Shown here: positions 12,328-26,000 of the stretch, piece after piece
How the letters are laid out: each line of letters begins with the position of its first letter
Numbering within the stretch: position 1 is the first letter of the stretch
Assembly: GCA_008632985.1 (NCBI GenBank)
Contig: QPGO01000223.1
Location: forward strand, 1 to 64,000
DNA length: 64,000 nucleotides
Source: Psammoneis japonica
Taxonomy: Eukaryota
Reading direction: 5' to 3'
The notes under the pieces: model-generated
Told to the model about the DNA's origin: nothing
The model's input: the letters and a program-made list of their open reading frames with translations, nothing else
Databases searched by the model: none
Position numbers and translations under genes: made by a program

Positions 12328-14068
12328 ATGGTGCTTCCAGCCAGGACAACGACACCCCGTCCCACAACGACTACTACTCGTGGAGGTCTCTACTCGTCAT
12401 CCTTGAGTAATGCTACTACGCGGAAACAACCACCCGCCGTGACGCCCGCCGCGGCAACAACAACAACAACAACGCTCCATCGCAAGACGCATCTCAAAAC
12501 AATAATTCCGACGATGCCTTTTTCTTGTGTTGGGGTTCGTCCATCAATGTCAATGAAGATTTACGTCGAAGCATTCGTAACGAAGTGGAAGAAATCAACG
12601 CCAGCATGCAAATCACGTCGGAAAAGATTGGTGCCGCAACGCAAATCCAGAATCAACTCGATCGAGACTTGTTTCTCGCGCTAGAAGAAATGTCTCAGCT
12701 CGGACGTGGCATGGCGGATAACGCGCAAATGGCGAGCGTTCATGAACAGTTGCAGTCGCGATACAATGCCGTGCTGGATGATTTGTCGTAGCGGGAGATT
12801 TGGAGGAGTTGCGAGATACCAAGAATTCAGTCATGAATCGCATCAAGACTCTCTCGGAGCAATGCGCGGAATCCAAACGAGCCGTCGAGGCGGAATCGCG
12901 AGAAATCGAATCTATCGAAGCTCGTATCGAAACGAGGGTTGGAGACCTTGTTGAAGGAGCTTGAAGAGCAGGTGCGTGCGCAAGAGGAGGAGAAACGCAA
13001 GGCGGAGCAGGAGAACTTTGCTAAATCTCAAGCGCTCGATGCTTCCAGGGCACGATGCAACGAGTATCAAGATCAGATTGACAAGAACGTGAGTATCGCA
13101 TGATTGTATTATGTGTTGTATTGTGCATTGCGTCTAACTAGTGTATGTATCGTTGATTTACCTTCTATTCTAGACCGTTCTCTTGAATAAGCAAAAAGCC
13201 GAGCACGAAAAGGCCTTTGCGGCCAAGACCTCGGCAGTAGAATCCAAGAAGCTCGAGGTGGAAAAGGCCCAGCACGAGTTGGTAGCTCTTGAAAAGACCA
13301 GTGACGACCTCTCGTCGAGTACGATTCGTCTCCAAGAGCAACTCGTCCAGGCCGAATCCATGCGTATCGCTAAAACGTCCGCTACTACCAAGCTCCAAGA
13401 GCTCGCCAAGCAGAATAAAGAATTGGAAGCCCAAACCGCCAAGCTCCAACAAGAGGTAGTTGAGGCCCAAGCCAAGGTAGATGCAACCGTTCCGGTTCTC
13501 CAAGAAATTCGTAACCGCCAGGCTCGTGTTGCTGAGCTGAAACAAGAAAACGACGACTTGCCAAACAACGAATCGGAGCTCGACCGTCTCCTGGCGGAAA
13601 AGGAGAAGCTCCAAAAGGACATTGCCGAGTTGGCAAAGGACGACAAGATCGATGCTGCCCACGATGCTATTGCCAAGACCCCAGCAAGAGCTCGAATCTC
13701 TTGAAGTGGAGCATACTCGTCTCCAACAGGAACTACAAGACGTGACGAGGCAACAAGACGAGTTGAAGGAGCAATTGGCGCAAGCACAGCTCCAAGACAA
13801 TACATCCGATAGCGATCTCTTGGAGAGTCTCGAGAATACCATTCAGGACAAGCATCGTCAAGTTGAAATGCTCAAGGCACAAATTACAAAGCAAACAGAG
13901 TTGGCTGCGGCTCGTGCCGAGTTGGATGCCACGCACCAAGTCTATCTCGTGGGCAAGGAGCTTGTGGAAACCACGCACGAAACCGTCAACTACCTTGTTC
14001 ACGAGCCTCTTCAAGTTGACCAAGAGGAAGAAGCAACGGTTCAAGGCGACGACGACGGCGAAGAGTAA
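12328..14068 (+). CDS. Long coiled-coil protein (host gene; one intron ~13090-13172; several apparent frameshifts)
   Basis: Heptad-rich E/K/Q/L segments continue across frames (NVNEDLRRSIRNEVEEI..., KQKAEHEKAFAAK..., QELESLEVEHTRLQQEL...GEE*). GTGAGT...CTAG intron. Normal TpA content. Confidence 0.7.
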
Positions 14069-14925
14069 AATCTTTGCTGTTTTTTTGCATGGTGGTCAAG
14101 AGAACGAAATTCGCATCCACTATATTCGTAGATTGGATTTGCGAAACATTGTGCTGGAGCGATTGGGGTGTGGAACATCTCTGTTGGAGTGTATATGTCT
14201 TGATACTGCTCTCTGTCTAGTTGAGGTTGAAATACGGTATCTAAATGATGGATTCGGCGAACGTGCGCTCATTTATGTTAGTTGGTCTCGACAGATTGGA
14301 TCTGCGGTAGGACAGCCTTTGGAACCGAAACGAGGCAGCGGAATAGCTACGCAGTAGATGAAAGGTTTGACAAGGCTAGAGTAGCAACAACTGTGTCTGC
14401 GCTTCTCTATTATTTGTTTCTTACTGGTATAGTATGCTCTTTTGAAACTCTTTTGCTCGATTGTTTCGTCGGCGAGCGAGGAGCGAGCTGCCTCGTGCTT
14501 TGATCCGTTTGCATGTGTCTTCTATCAGTTGAACAGGGAGAAGATTCTTCTCAACTGAAACTTTCTGGTGAATCCCTTGCGCAAGTTAGACAATACAACT
14601 TTTTTGAGCGGCAAAGACTAATTGCATGTGTCTCTTCCGTTGAACCCTCCCAACTGAAATTCTGAGCAAAGTTCGACGGGATTTCCCAACACTTCAAATT
14701 CTGAGAAGGCGATGTACTTGAGGAGTGCGGCATTCTCAGAGGCTTTGTTTGAAGAGTGTGTTGCATTCAATCGTTGCATCTGTTGGTGATCGCTACGGAC
14801 GAGTTCAGTTCACGGATTGGACGCACCTCACGAGAAAAGGGACTTTCAAGAACGTAAAAGTTCACATTCTTGAGCAGCCTTGGACAAAGTCAGAAATAAC
14901 CAACGTGCTACCAGCTTCACAAGCC

Positions 14926-15878
14926 ATGCTTCCCATCAAAGCCATCGCTGAAGCTGAGGGAAATGCGCAGCCCGCATCTCTGAGATACAAGCTGCGTTTC
15001 AAGGAGTCGAAGAGTCACCTACGACAGGCATCGGTGGCATCCAGGCTTCCTTGCGGGGAAAAAAGAGGAAAGCAAGCGAGCGCGATGCAGTCGATGACCT
15101 CGACTCTGCCACGGCACAAGCGCTGAGTCTCAAACATCACTTTGATAGCGCCACGACATCAACGAGAAGAAAAAAAACTCAATTGACCCGCAAAACGGTC
15201 TTGGACTATCTCAAGAAGGGTAACGCCAAGCAGAAGCAGGGTAAGTATAGCGAGGCCTTGGAAGAATACCGCATTGCACCACTTTCGAGCTGCAAAGATC
15301 AACGATTGATTGCCCGTGTTCACAACAAGATTGGCATGGCTCTTCATCGCCAGCTGAAATACTCTGAAGCTCAGATCGAGTTTCGTGCGGCGCTTAGCAT
15401 GTGTGAGGAGATTTATGGCATGGAGCATCTCAAAACCGCAGGCATTCACACCAACTTGGGCGTTACCTTTTTCAAATCTCGCAACTATGATGAGGCATTG
15501 GTACATTATCGCCGGGCTCTTGGCATTTACGAAGTGGTTCACGGTAAGGAACACGCGCAGACAGCAGGAATGTATCATGAGATTGGTGAAACGCTTGCAT
15601 GTAAGGCAAATTACCGGGAAGCCTTGGAGAATTTCCGTGAGGCTGCCTCGCTTCGCGAAAATGGCTATTGCTGGGACAATCCATATACAGCAACAAGCCT
15701 TTACAGATTTGGCTCGACCCTCGCCAAATTGGGAAGGTGCAAAGAAGCGTTGCTCGAACTTCGGAAGGCTCTATCCATGCGTGAATCTGTTTTTGGCAAA
15801 GATCACGATCAAACGCTGGAAATCCGTGCCGAGATAGACATGACCGAGGCTCGTTTGTCAGGTGCACCTACCGAGTAA
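14926..15878 (+). CDS. Tetratricopeptide-repeat protein (kinesin-light-chain-like TPRs)
   Basis: Repeats such as ARVHNKIGMALHRQLKYSEAQIEFRAAL, AGIHTNLGVTFFKSRNYDEALVHYRRAL and ATSLYRFGSTLAKLGRCKEALLELRKAL. Probable ATG at 14926 with a frameshift in the G/A run at ~15055. Confidence 0.8.
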
Positions 15879-16479
15879 ACCGGCGATTTCATTCGTTGCA
15901 AAAGCTGAAAGATGCTTATAAGCCTCATTAGAAACCATGGTTTGTTTTCGTAACCTTTCTGCTATGGTGCCTGTTGCCTGTTGGCGGGAAATCGCCATCA
16001 CGTTGAGTCGTGTGACAAATCTTCGAGCGCGGTTCGCAGTTACCGGAAGAATGGATACTACTCGTATCTGATAATCATGACACTCACGATATCGCGATTC
16101 CCTTCAGAAGAATACTTGTTCAACAATACGGACAAGTTGGGACGAGCTCAGATGTACAACAAGCTCAAGAACAAGCTTGAAAGTCTTTAAAAGTACTCGT
16201 ACTGTACTCCACAATGCACGGTTACCTTAAGGCCTTCAAAACACCCAGCATTGCAAAGCACGAAGCCTTGTTGATCACAGCCAAACAACGCGCAATTCGA
16301 AACATTTTATGGCGCAAAAAGACTCGAAATGCTTTTGACGAAAGATTCGGAGCAAGTACGCGCATGAAGCTACTGCTATTTTGTCAGATTGGATCTGGTA
16401 ATTTGACAGATATCGCAATACAGTACTCCAGCGGATAGAAAAATGTGATACTACCAGTTACAACTTCTGTCTTGCGCAT

Positions 16480-19400
16480 CTAGTCGTCACTCTTTTGCTT
16501 CTTGGCGGCAGGTTCATTCGATTCTTCTGTCGGTGCACCACTGTTGTTAGACACAGAGGACGCCATTGGAGATCCGTTGCGACTATCCGACGCAATGGAT
16601 TTTGTCTCCACCATCATCTCCTTGACTTTTTCTTCGCGTTTCTGCTTCTCCAAGGCAGCTGCCTTGTGCTCTTCCTCCCACAAGAGCTCGTCTTCCTTGG
16701 TGTACTTTTCCCATCCCTCTGGACGATCACTCTCTTTCAACAAGGGGTAGAACTTTGGCCGCAAGTAAAACATGAACGCCCGACCGGTTCGTTTTTCGGG
16801 TTCCGGAATGCATGCTGGACGGTCTCGGGTTGTAATCTCTGTAAACTTCATGGTCACCTGTCGAACCGAAATGGATGGGTAATCGTCAGCAAACTTGTTG
16901 ATGAGTTGCATGCGTTGGAACGTGCCATTGGCACCAATGGTTTGACAAAACTCTGGGAACAATTCTTCCGGGATGGACATGCGCTTGTTTCCTTGGGACG
17001 TCACCCGAATCTTGGTAACGCCATCCTTCGTCTTGAATTTCCTTTTCTTTGCATTCGCCCCATCTTTCTTCTGCGAGGCGTCAATCTTTCGGGGAGTGGT
17101 ATGGAGCCTTCGTTTTTTGCCCTTATTTCCAGCCTTGGCTTGTTCCGCGTTGATCTTCTTGAGCTCTTTCTGAAGCAGTTTGTTCCTCAACTCCAGTCTT
17201 CTATCGCATAATTTTCGCGACGACGTGTCGAGGCACGAGGCACACACGCCGCATTCCGGCATTCGTAAAATGGCAGGGTTGATGATTTGTTCCACATCAG
17301 CAGTTGCTCTCAGCAAGGCTGCCGCTTCCTCCCCAGTGCCTCCTCCAGGACCACCAGCTTTCAACGTGATTGAGCTGTAGTTCACGTACTGCGTGTTTGA
17401 GAAAATGCAACACGAACGGGCGTTAGCGACATAATTAAACAAGCAACCAAGAGTAAGAATAGGACCCCGCATTTCGTACCTGGTCTCCTCTAAGGATGGA
17501 CTGGCGCGTTTCTTCGGCAAGTGTTCTGCATCCCCGTACTTGCACCTCGATCTCACGCAAGCGATCAAGAGCAACTTTGCGCTCGTCGAATCGTTCGGCT
17601 AATACGTGGCGGGCTTCATCTGACAGCTTCTCTAACGGTGGTGGTTCTTCACCCTTCAGCCGCAAAACCATAGCATCTGCTTCCCATGCATCCATCTCCT
17701 TGATGGCAGCAATTGTCTTTTCTGCAGAAACGACGGCTGCGGGACGTTGGTTCTTGAGCACCTTTTCTCTCGCCTCCAATTCCTTTTCCATTTGTCGAAT
17801 CCTGTAGTCAGCACGCTTCATAATCATGTCTGTACTCATTCCTTGTACCGTGTGCTGAAATAGCAACGTGCTGTCCTTCCGAATATCCTCCCGAACAGGG
17901 TCCCAGTTACCGTAGCCAGCGTCATTCACAGAACAAAGAAGGGCCCGGTCTTGCTGGAGAGCAAAATGCGTCGTACCCTTATTGGCAAAGACCATATCCT
18001 CTCTCGGATTATCGAAGGTACCGACAAATTCTTTGAGCATTCTCGCCAATCGCTTTTGCTTTTCAATCTTCTTTTCCCCCTTTTCAATCGTCGTTCTCAC
18101 GCGTTCCCATTCGTCTTCTTTCAGTTCTGTCGGACCGTACTTCCAAAATGCAGCACTATATCCAGCAACCACTTCTTCTTGCATATCCATGTCAGCCGCA
18201 ATACTCGCAATATCATCCCTGCCGTACTTGGTAGCCGCTTTGATAAAGTGATAATACTGACTCCTCGTCCAATCACCAAAGCCTTCTTCGATGAGTTCCA
18301 GTTTCTCCTGTGCCAACTCTGGTGGTAACAGCGTTTTGTTTTGATCCATAAACTCTCGCGACGGTAGCTGCCCCATTTCACGGAGACTTGCATACGTTTG
18401 AAACTCAGCCTTTCCAAGCTCCAAGAGACGCTCACGATTGTAAAAGTGATGGTCCTCCATCCGAGGCAATCGTAGACTCTTGGGTAGTTTAATTCTTTGA
18501 TTGTTCACCACCATGGATTTCTTCGGTTGCATGATTGGGTTGTAACTGGTCGGGGGTGGACGGCGTTCTCTCTTGCCAATAGAGTCCGCAGCGAGCAGCC
18601 GCAGCTGAGCTCGCAACTCCTTGTCACTGTAGTCAATACCCTCAAAGGTTTGGGCGGACACTCCACCATCCATTCGAAAGTCGAGAAGGTCGCCCTTTTC
18701 AGCCTTTTGGATCTTGTCCGCAAGTTCCTTGGTCTTCGCTTTGCCTCTAGCCAAAATGACATCAATGTCATCATCTGTGATGGTACTTTCCTCAGACCGA
18801 AACACTGTGTCGGCCCCGAACCGTACCGCCGCCATGATTTCCTCCTTGGTCACTTTGTCCTTGTCCTTGAGCCGACCCTGTTGTACCACCATGGCATCGA
18901 GCTTGAGCTTTTGCTGCGCCCGCTCAACAATTTTCTCCTCGACGGTGTTTTCGGAAACGAGGCGGTAAATGCTGACTGGCTTCTTTTGTCCCAAACGATG
19001 GCACTGTAGGAAAAAGAAAAAGTCAGAAATGAGTGAGACGAGTCGGCAGAAATGATTTCCATGCGAATAATCAAGATATACTCACTCGATCTTGCGCCTG
19101 CAAATCGGCTTGAGGATTCCAGTCTGAATCGCTGCGGTAGGGTAAAGGTACATAATATCGCGTGAGTAAGAGGCTCAAAAGCACAATTAGAATACAACGA
19201 TACTCATTCCAATCAAACTTACTACAGGATGCAAGTGTCGGCAGTCTGCAAATTGATTCCAAGTCCACCCGCACGGGTCGACAGCAAGAAGCAAAATTTA
19301 GGACTGTTCTCGGCATTAAACTCATCGATCGACCGTTCGCGATCCTCGTAATTCGTGTTTCCGTCAATGCGGCAGTACTGATATCCACGCATTACCATGA

Positions 19401-21616
19401 AATCTTCCAAGATGTCCAGGATTCGGGTCATTTGTGTAAAGATCAACACACGTGACTCACGTTCCTTCAGCTTCTTCAACAGCTTATCCACCATTGTCAA
19501 CTTGCCACAATTCTCCACCAAATGCTCGCCAAGAGGATCCAACGTGCGATCCTCTACTCCTTCGAACAAGTACGGGTGTCCGCAACACTTACGCAACTGC
19601 ATGACAATGTTGAGAATAGCAGTCCTGTGCTTGCCGGTAGTCTTTCCCGTAATGCTGTCGATATCACGCAACAGAAGTTTCTTGTAGAGCTGCTTTTGCA
19701 TCTTGGACATTCCCACCATGATTAGCGTTTCCGTCTTGGGAGGCAACCCCTTGGCGACATCGCTCTTGAGACGCCGCAGCATAAAGGGTCGCAAAATCTT
19801 GTGAAGCTGCGAAATCATATTCTTCTTGGCATCTTCATCGTCAATTTCCAAATCAAACCATTCGTCGAATTGTTCCGCCGACGAGAAGATATCGGGCAAC
19901 AAAAAGTTGAGCAACGCCCATAATTCATGGAGATTGTTCTGAAGCGGAGTGCCAGTAAGTAAGAGACGGTGTGCCGTGTTGAAGCCACGGACCGTTTTGG
20001 AAAACATGGACGCTTCATTCTTTAAACGGTGCGCTTCATCAATTACTAAATATTTCCACGCAAAACGACTAAGCACCTTCTTTTCGGTGTTGCAAACCTC
20101 ATAGGTTGTCACACAAACATCCCACGCTCGGGGATTATCCGAGTTGTCATCCTCCAATTCACCCGTTTCTGGATTCCGTACTCGATGAAAGGGACGATGG
20201 CCATCGTGTGCGGCAGCCTCATGAGTAAAGTATTCGTCCGCAAGGGCTTCGCGCTCTTCCCGGTTTCCGTGAAATCGAATGGCACGAAGCGACGGACACC
20301 ATCGCTTCAACTCATTCATCCAGTTGGAGAGGGTAGACTTGGGTACGCAAATCAGGTGGGGTCCTTGAACCTTGAGGAACTCGTAATGATAAGCTAGAAT
20401 GGCAATGCTTTGTAGCTGTAGTATAAAGAGAAAGAAGCGGATACGACATATTTGAGTCGGTAAGAGTTGCAACAGCAAGGTCGATAAGTCAAGGGACGAC
20501 GTGACTTACAGTTTTCTAGAAGAGGGTTCAAGAGATTTTTGACAAGTAGTGAAGCAAGCATAAGGTGAGTAAAGGGACTTATGCAACATCTATAAACCAA
20601 AGGCAACAATATAACTCACTCCCAGTCCCATCTCATCGGCAAGAATACCATTCAATCCATTCTCTGCCAAGTGAATCATCCAGTTAAGCCCTTCCAATTG
20701 ATAAGGCTTCAGCGTACCATTCTTAATGATGGATGGCTGCTTGGTTAAAAAGACATGCTCTTCAAGTTCTTCATCATCTTCCGAAGACGAGTTGTTGTCT
20801 TCTTCCGACGAATGCCGTTCATTTTGGTCGGAGTGCGATGATGTGCCATTTTTGAATCACCCTCATCATGATGAGAACCCGCTCCCATTTTGAGTTTGGC
20901 AAAGATGCTCGATTGCTTCAAGAGATACTCGAGCCGCTGTTGCTGCTTCCCGGCAGCAGCCTTGTCGAGCTTCTTGTGCCGATCCGCCACAGCGTCTTCT
21001 TGTCGTTGCCGTTCCGCTTGACGCTGGAGCGTCTGTCGTTTCTTTTCTTGCTTGATGCGTTCTCGTTCCTTGCGTGTTTCTTCGTCGACGGCTTCTTCTC
21101 GCGCCGCTTGGCGTTCGAGACGTTCTATGCGAGCCGCATCGGCCTTGGCACGAGCGCCGCGGCTGCTAGAAACTTCGCCTTCTTGGGCAATGAGGTTGCG
21201 CCGACGGGCTTCTTGTTGTTGCATTTGTTCCAAATCGGCAGCACGAGACTCGTCTTCAAACGAGCGCGATCCGTGTTCTCCAATTCCTCGTACTTGGACT
21301 TGTCCTTGAGGTTCTTCCATTGTTGTGCAAGCTGTGAGAGAACGTGCAACATATAAACGAGCGAAAGAGACAAGAATTAGAATAGGTATGATAAGTTCAG
21401 AACTCGAGTCATTTCAGAACGAGACGCAGAGCACAGCATCTTCCTGTCTCAGAGATCATCTTATATATATAAATACAACAACAACAACAAGGCACTCACC
21501 TCTCGAACGGCATCGCCCATGGAGGCTCCTTCTCCGAGACCTCGCTTGATATCGGCAAGCCGTTCCGCTTGAAAGTATTGATAAGCCGTCTTGGCTCGTT
21601 TGATTTGAGGTGCCAT
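16480..21616 (-). CDS. ISWI: ISWI/SNF2-family chromatin-remodelling ATPase with N-terminal HMG box. Exons ~21616-21500, 21331-20620, 20515-20510, 20415-19223, 19131-19086, 19003-17480, 17388-16480
   Basis: [79 protein letters not shown]-like [24 protein letters not shown] and GYGNWD; HMG-like [10 protein letters not shown]...[15 protein letters not shown]. Canonical GT-AG introns. Confidence 0.93.
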
Positions 21617-23027
21617 GCTGATGGTAATAAGAAAATGCTATGCTGCTATAGCAGAGGAAAGAGTCTGATGCTGCTAAGCTTCTGTATGCACAGAGGAGGT
21701 CGAAGCGTAGAGAATAACAAGTCCAGTCAATTCCAGTACTAAGACTGCGTAGAAGTTCACGCACGAATGTCAACAGCGACAAGAGCGATGAATGTATCAA
21801 ACTACAGCGGCAACAGACGCCAATCACTAAGCAGCTATAACACACAGAGGTACAGAACAGCGGTTGCAGTGGATGAGAGTAAGGATGATGATTGAGTCGT
21901 ATGGATGTCAATCGAAAGTCTTCGCTGCTGAGTTTCTGAAAATAATAATTCAGAGAGATTGATTGTTGGGTCTTCTTCGATACAAGCGTTACGAACAAGA
22001 GGCAAAAGTATGACGAAGGCAAGTCAAACCGAACAACACACGCAACAGCCAACTGCAACCGTGAAAGAAAAATCGTGCTTTCGATCAAAGCAAAGTGACA
22101 TGGGCGGTGATTGAAAGCAAGATTCCTACTTTACGTACCAGATACATACCCAAACATACTGGTTTTGTTTGATGAACAGAATTCTATTTTTCACGTTTTG
22201 TTGCGATCAGTCGCTCCTTTCGGATTGGCTGTTGGCGGACATTCTCTCGGCTAATCTTTTCGAAGCTTCAATCTGATTGGCTGACAGACGGGTCGGCTCG
22301 CGATCTCGCTTGCTCTGTATTATTCATGTTTAGGATGATGTGCTTTTGAATTTCTGACTTCTGTCATTTAGTTTGTTGGTTGCAGCTAGCCTGCGAACGC
22401 CAATGATGCCACCGCGTTTGTTGTCTAGCCTCGATGGCTTGGGTGGCATTCACCACAGCTCTCTGCACAAGCCATCCAAAGAAGTTCTGCTGGTTGACTT
22501 GGAACTTGGAAAAGAAACAGGGACAAACAAGGGGGGGCGTGAGGGCGAGGTGGCTTGCCCCCATGCATGTGCCAGGCGCTGAAAAAGAAGATGTGTTACG
22601 ACTTTGTCGTTGTGAAAATTATGAGCTGGTTTAGAGTAGAGAAAATGGGATCGTGCGAATGGGGAATCTTGCCAAATCCCTGTTCGTTCGCATTTGGATC
22701 GCATCAAATCGATCGTGCGTTCGCATTGTGGATCGTGCGAATCAAGCCATCACGCGCCATGCACGAGTGATGTCATCGTGTGGAATCACGCTGCCATCGT
22801 GGGCCAGACGACGGGCCAGTGTGCTTCACACGGATGCTCTCTTGGCATCCTTCTGGAGTTGCCTGAGACCTGGAGCCACGCCCTCCTGTGGTCGTGCTTC
22901 CCAGGTGCGTGTTAACAACACTGCGTTGCCACGCACAAGAGGCTCATGCACGGTCTCGCCGTGTTGTCCAGCAGCGAGGCACACTGCACACTCCCCCATG
23001 ATCAGGGCCATCAAGTGACAGAATGTC

Positions 23028-26000
23028 TTGCTGGTGACAGGGTGCAATCTGCCGTAGATTGTGCGTGTCCATCAGCGCTCCGTTCTGGATGCGCAACGCG
23101 CCGTTGTCACATGCACAGACAACTCTGGCGGGTCCTGCACAGCTGTCAGAACCGCATTTAGAGGATTGTTCCTGTTTGACAAGCACCAACTGCCCTGCGG
23201 CATGTTGATGCTCCTTGCGTTTCTGATTTTCACGCTTGTTGTTTGGGTGGACAAGCTTCTGCTTTCTGGTTTCTGTGTGCTTCCACTTGGCATGATGGGC
23301 AGCAGATGAAACCGCATCGCGTCCGAAGACCAATTGCATGGGACTTGCACACGTGGTCGTGTGTGCCGCAGCTCTAACAGCGAAGGCTGCTGCGGAGAGG
23401 ATGCCACTCCATGGGTCATCTTCGTCCAGTTCCACATCCTGCACTGAAAAGGAACGCACCATGTCACCAAGTGTCTGGTGTGCACGTTCCACTGTGGCAT
23501 TTGCCTGTGGATTCCGTTTGCTTGTGGGTTTCTTCAAAATCCCACAGTCATTTTTAATCATCTGGCTGAATTCTGCCACAAATTCTGTCCCACGGTCACA
23601 AACCACCTGGGTTGGCCACGGATGTCTGCACAGCCACGTTTGTTCCACTACGTTTGCTGCGACGTCTGCGCGTTTCGCAGACACTTCTTTGGTCTCGAAC
23701 CACCCGGTTGCTGGGTCAATCATTGTGACTGCCCACAATTGCAAGGTGTCCTTTCCGCGTCTTTGAATTTTATGTGGCCCCATCATGTCTGTGCACAGAG
23801 TTTCCCATGGAATTGTCTCTGCGACCTTTTCTGGCAGCTTCCCATGACGCTGCGTTCGGCATTTTGTCTTCTGGCATCGATCGCACTTAACGCACGTAGA
23901 ATGCACCGTAGACCTCATGCCAGGCCAATGGAAGTGCTGGGCAACAGATGTTTCCGCACGTGTCTCACCTGGATGACACAGTGTCTCGTGGTGCCATTCA
24001 GTTGGCGGAACCTGCAATGACTGTGGTGCTGCGATTTTGTCCTTATGACAGATTAACTGTCGTGATGACCCTCCCCCACGATGCGCGCGAATGGAGCAGT
24101 CGGACGAGTCCTCAGCTCTTGAGAGCAGGCGCTTGTCCTTTTGTTGTGCTTTTTGAATGCGCTTGAAGCTGACAGGCAGAGACAGCTCATCTTGAGCGTC
24201 TGCATTAAAGGCTTCATGCAAAGGACGACTCGATGGAGTGTCTTTTACATCCGGATTGGCCTCGGAAGGCAAGCTGGGTGCCAGTCGAAGGCGACTAAGA
24301 GCATCAGCGACTGGGTCATGGGTGCCCTTAACACAGCGTAATTCGGGGCCGCATTCTTCGCATGTCAACCGCCAGCGCATGACGCGCTCGGCATTGAATG
24401 CTTTGCACGCAAGATTTTTATGATCAGCACATGTGATTGTACGATGACCAAGGAGAATCGTTCGAAATTCTTTCAACGTCTCCACAATGGCGAGCAATTC
24501 TCTCTCCGTTGTTGTGTGATTTAATTGCGCACCATTGAGCTTTCTGCTGTAAAAGGCGATGGGTTCATTGTCTTGGGATGTGACTGCTCCCAAATGACAT
24601 TTAGAGGCATCGGCATGCATCTCAAAGGGTTCATTAAAATCAGGATGTGACGACAAAACATCATCCGACATCACCCGTTCAACGGTTTCGAACGCCTCGT
24701 CTTCAACGGACGTCCACTCCCACTTGACAGTCTCGCTTGCGAGTCGTGTCAGCGGAGCCAAGACTTCAGAACGTCTAATCCACGTGTCGCGGCAGTGGTT
24801 TGCCATGCCAACAAATGAACGCAGGTCGCGTTCATTGGTTGGGGACTTGTTCCAGACTTGGGTGCACTCACGCGCGAAAAAATGACCCTTTTTGCATGAA
24901 ACGCGCGGTCCACACTTGCGGCACCATTTTCGACAGTAAAAACATAACAATTTACAAATGTGTTGTTATGGGTACATACAGAATTGTCTTGTGCGTGTAC
25001 CCATGTATTCGAAACTGTTGATGGACTCAGTTGTTAGTCGCTAAATTGTACCGTAAGTTGAGAGCTCGAATTTTCCGATGAGCGATTTATATATGCCTAA
25101 ATGTAACTAGAAACATATAAAATATTATTCATAATTAATATTTTGTTTATATACGCAAATACGAGTTACACTCAACGGATCGAATAAAGCATACGTTGAT
25201 TGATAAGTTTAGGACGACGTGAGAAGAAGTGTAGCTCAGCCTACGCAATGGCGTCGACTTCGGACCATTTTTCACGGTTTAAAAGGCATAAACGATTGAT
25301 ACACTTGAATCAGTCGAATATATTGAGGAAATATACATGGTAATAGAAAAGAAATGGTCCTTAGAGGCAAATTGTGAGTGAATAGAGGCTCAATTGTTGT
25401 TGCTGACAGATTTAGCATTATTGTGCCGCGCTGCAGCCTTCAACAAGCATTTTCACTATTGTTGTTGATGACACAGACTATATCAAATACGTAGATCCTG
25501 GTCATGACATTCAATTTTCCATAAGGCTGAAAAAAAGTGGGCCGTCATGGTCACTGAAAGCCATGGCCGGTTTGGCTGTTTGTTTGTTCGAGTTTATTCT
25601 GTTTATTTTACTTAGAAGCCATTGATATGATCAATTTTATTAAATATGTACGGTGTTCAATAAAGCATTAAAAAATTATTTTTTCTGCGAAAAGGGGCAT
25701 GTGCGCGCCACCTAAGTCTGGAACAAGTCTGGGGTCACGATTCGCTCAATGGCGTCGACTTTGTCAGGTGTTGGTCGCATTCCGTCTCTGTCAACCAGAT
25801 GACCCAAGCATTCTAATTGGGTTTGACAGAAGTGAGATTTAGTTGCGTTGACTTTTAGTCCTGCTTTTCTGGACCCTCAACAAAACTTCTTCAAGTTTGT
25901 TGAGGTGATCTTCACAGGTGCCTTTCGTCACGACGAGAAGGTCATCTAAGTGCGTTCGAACGAACGACAGATCTTCAAATGAGCCTGACATGCGTTCTTG

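Noticed and set aside
12328..21616. Pseudogenisation or programmed frameshifting of host genes (frame changes in the coiled-coil, TPR and ISWI genes)
   Set aside because: Single-base indels in otherwise intact genes, some in simple runs, are most likely assembly errors. This cannot be confirmed without reads.
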